18,234 nucleotides of DNA from an uncultured Bacilli bacterium (GTDB taxonomy: Bacteria > Bacillota_I > Bacilli_A > RF39 > UBA660). The notes under the pieces were generated by a model. It did not search any database. It saw nothing but the letters and a program-made list of their open reading frames with translations, and was not told the origin of the DNA. Shown in pieces: positions 16,238 to 18,234 of the stretch; the stretch's first letter is position 1, and each line of letters opens with the position of its first letter. The position numbers and the translations under genes were made by a program. Location of the stretch: positions 1 through 18,234 of the forward strand of contig CANQHE010000024.1 of NCBI GenBank assembly GCA_947623735.1. The letters run 5' to 3'.

Positions 16238-16429
16238 AGATTTTACTTTCTTTTTTGCTTGTTGTTCTTCGATATCCTTTAGAGCATATTCACATGCTTG
16301 TATAACAAATTTAGAAAAAGATACATTGTTTTCACTTATAACTTTTTCGATATCATTTATAACATTTGTTGGAAATCGAACACATTTATTTATTGATTCT
16401 TTACGTTCAATATTTAAATTAAATGCCAT
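16235..16429 (-). CDS. Ribbon-helix-helix (CopG/Arc-like) DNA-binding protein (64 aa)
   Basis: The pattern is a beta-strand KCVRFP, helix NVINDIEKVISE, the turn NNVS, helix FSKFVIQACEYAL, then a basic tail. This matches the RHH fold pattern. An AAGAGTGG SD-like sequence lies upstream on the minus strand. No partner toxin gene is adjacent. Confidence 0.55.
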   Translation of the reverse strand: MAFNLNIERKESINKCVRFPTNVINDIEKVISENNVSFSKFVIQACEYALKDIEEQQAKKKVKS

Positions 16430-16596
16430 ATTTTACCACTCTTTCTAATTACATTTTATATTAAAGTTTTGATTAATTAAATATTAGAAAAAGTTATATT
16501 ATTTGTATTGCATAAATATAACATAGAAAAATGTGTAGAAAGTTGTAGCATTATTTTAAAAAACGTGATAATATTATGGTATAGTTAGAATAGGGA

Positions 16597-18234
16597 ATGA
16601 GAGTAATGAAGAAAAGGTTTATATTTGATGAAAATTATATAAAAAGATATGCTAAGAAAGATAAAACAAGAATATTAGTTATTGGAGTATGTGTATTACT
16701 TTTAATAATGGTTTTAATTATTGTTCTTTTAATTAGTAAAGGAAATAAGAGAAAAAAGCCAAATGCAGCGATACCTAATTATGAATTAAAAGAAGAATTA
16801 ACATTGGAATCTGGGAATACTTTACCGGAGGCTATAGATTATTTTAAAAAGTTAGAAAATATTGATGTTAAAAGTATTGAAGTTACTTATCCTGAAGATT
16901 TTGAAGTTAGTTATGATATTGGAGCTTGTAGTGAAGATATTCAAAAAGAAATAAGTAGTACTGAAAATCCTAATTTTGATGATTATGAATGTGCAGTTAG
17001 AATACTTAAAACACCAACTACTTATGGAGTAGTAGTAAAAGTACTTGGAGAAGAAAAAACAGTTAATTTAAAAGTTCAAGATACTCAAGCACCTGTAGTT
17101 ATTACCAAAGATTTAGAAATATATGAAGGTGAAGAGTATAAGATAGATGATTTTATTAAAAATATTTATGATGCGACAGATGCATATGCGATATCTTATT
17201 ATACGGAAGATTTAGATAAAGATGGAAATATGATAGATTATGGCAATATTACAGAAATAGGAGAGCATACAGTTAAGTTAATAGCTAAAGATGGTTATGA
17301 TAATACAACAGATGTAATAGAGGTTAAATTAACGATTAAAGAGCCTGATGCCACTATTTATAGTGTTACATTTAATTCTAATGGAGGAAGTAATGTTAGA
17401 ACTATTAAAGTTGAAGCGGGGAAAAAGATTACAGCGCCAGCATCACCAGTTAGAGATGGTTATAACTTTGTTGGGTGGTATTTAGGTAATAATGTCTTTG
17501 ATTTTAGAGAAGCAATAAATAGTGATATAACACTTGAGGCTCGTTGGGAAGAAGCAAGTAGTGGTAATAGTCAAGGAGGAAATGGAGGTTCCGGAGTAGT
17601 TAATCCTGGAACTGTTGATGTTGATAGTGTTTGGATTAGTATGCTTCAAGTTTCAATAAATGTTGGGGAATCTAAAACAGTTACAGCTTCAGTTAAACCA
17701 GCGAATGCGACAAATAGAAATATTACTTGGAGTTCAAGTAACAATGGTGTTGCGACAGTTAATAATGGTGTAATTACCGGAGTTAGTGCTGGAACTGCTA
17801 CCATAACCGCGAGTGCTGGAGGAAAATCAGCAAGTCTTAAAGTTATTGTCAGTGGTGGTTCTGGAAGTAGTAGTAGTTGTAATTTTGGTAATGATGATTA
17901 TAATAGTGATAAATTTACATTATCTGTTAATTTAAGTAAAAATGGTTGTGCTGTAGATCCAAATAAAAAATATAATGATAGTAGTTATTTATCAACTACT
18001 GATAGTACTAAAGTTAAGAATGAACTTAAAGCTAAAGGGTATCGTTTACCAGATAAAGATGGTTATGTATATAAATATGTTCCTGTTTATAATAAAAAGG
18101 GAACTGGTTTAGTAGGATATCAATTAGAAGTTGAAGTTAAAGCTTTCTCTGATATAAAATTACTTGTTTCTAAATATATTGTACGAAGTAATGGTACACG
18201 AATATTTATTAGTAATGGTATTGGACTTAGTTAA
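16597..18234 (+). CDS. Membrane-anchored multidomain surface protein (Ig-like, Listeria-Bacteroides repeat and Big_2 domains)
   Basis: It has an N-terminal signal-anchor (RILVIGVCVLLLIMVLIIVLLI), and the ATG at 16606 is an alternative start. An Ig-like module of DUF5011/HYR style follows (APVVITKDLEIYEGEEYKIDDF...GEHTVKLIAKDGYDNTT). Next is a Listeria-Bacteroides (Flg_new) repeat (YSVTFNSNGGSNV...APASPVRDGYNFVGWY...ITLEARW), a Gly/Ser linker, and a Big_2 domain (VGESKTVTASVKPANATNRNITWSSSNNGVATVNNGVITGVSAGTATITA). The C-terminal ~130-aa region contains Cys and is unassigned. Confidence 0.75.
   Translation: MRVMKKRFIFDENYIKRYAKKDKTRILVIGVCVLLLIMVLIIVLLISKGNKRKKPNAAIPNYELKEELTLESGNTLPEAIDYFKKLENIDVKSIEVTYPEDFEVSYDIGACSEDIQKEISSTENPNFDDYECAVRILKTPTTYGVVVKVLGEEKTVNLKVQDTQAPVVITKDLEIYEGEEYKIDDFIKNIYDATDAYAISYYTEDLDKDGNMIDYGNITEIGEHTVKLIAKDGYDNTTDVIEVKLTIKEPDATIYSVTFNSNGGSNVRTIKVEAGKKITAPASPVRDGYNFVGWYLGNNVFDFREAINSDITLEARWEEASSGNSQGGNGGSGVVNPGTVDVDSVWISMLQVSINVGESKTVTASVKPANATNRNITWSSSNNGVATVNNGVITGVSAGTATITASAGGKSASLKVIVSGGSGSSSSCNFGNDDYNSDKFTLSVNLSKNGCAVDPNKKYNDSSYLSTTDSTKVKNELKAKGYRLPDKDGYVYKYVPVYNKKGTGLVGYQLEVEVKAFSDIKLLVSKYIVRSNGTRIFISNGIGLS

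Noticed and set aside
1-18234. Mollicute-type genetic code (TGA read as Trp), considered because of the very low GC content
   Set aside because: TGA terminates the AAA+ gene (7013-7015) and ftsX (10495-10497) exactly where the downstream coupled genes start. Protein lengths are normal, so the standard bacterial code applies.
1-18234. CRISPR arrays, tRNA or rRNA genes, IS elements, integrases and prophage structural genes
   Set aside because: None was seen. The intergenic regions are short and are accounted for by promoters, terminators and the T-box. The only exact repeat noted is the 17-nt pair at 5016-5056.

Overview
This is an AT-rich, low-GC Gram-positive (Bacillota-type) chromosomal segment. 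It uses the standard code: TGA works as a stop at 7013-7015 and 10495-10497. The backbone is housekeeping: a Phe-specific T-box leader with pheS-pheT, ftsE-ftsX with a coupled coiled-coil/M23 peptidase, a small GNAT, an unknown 251-aa protein, tilS-ftsH, a convergent ribbon-helix-helix protein, and a multidomain surface protein. A block of about 5.2 kb of non-housekeeping genes (3703-8915) lies between pheT and ftsE. It holds a stand-alone 121-aa protein with a near-consensus promoter, a secreted protein with a TasA/camelysin-like SipW-type N-terminus, and a tightly coupled three-gene cassette (5090-8809). Gene A of the cassette is a MoxR/AAA_5-type ATPase fused to a large N-terminal module carrying motifs I associate with extracellular 'WWLRS...GVRPAL' lectin-like domains. 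Gene B is a 131-aa paralog of gene A's ATPase core that has lost Walker A, the Walker B glutamate and the NRF arginine. Gene C combines an HExxH metallopeptidase-like domain, a Q/E/K-rich linker and a vWA domain with a complete MIDAS. This cassette is my best candidate for an undescribed NTP-dependent sensing or conflict system. All family assignments come from motif reading by eye and need HMM or structure confirmation. I found no tRNA, rRNA, CRISPR array, transposase or integrase.
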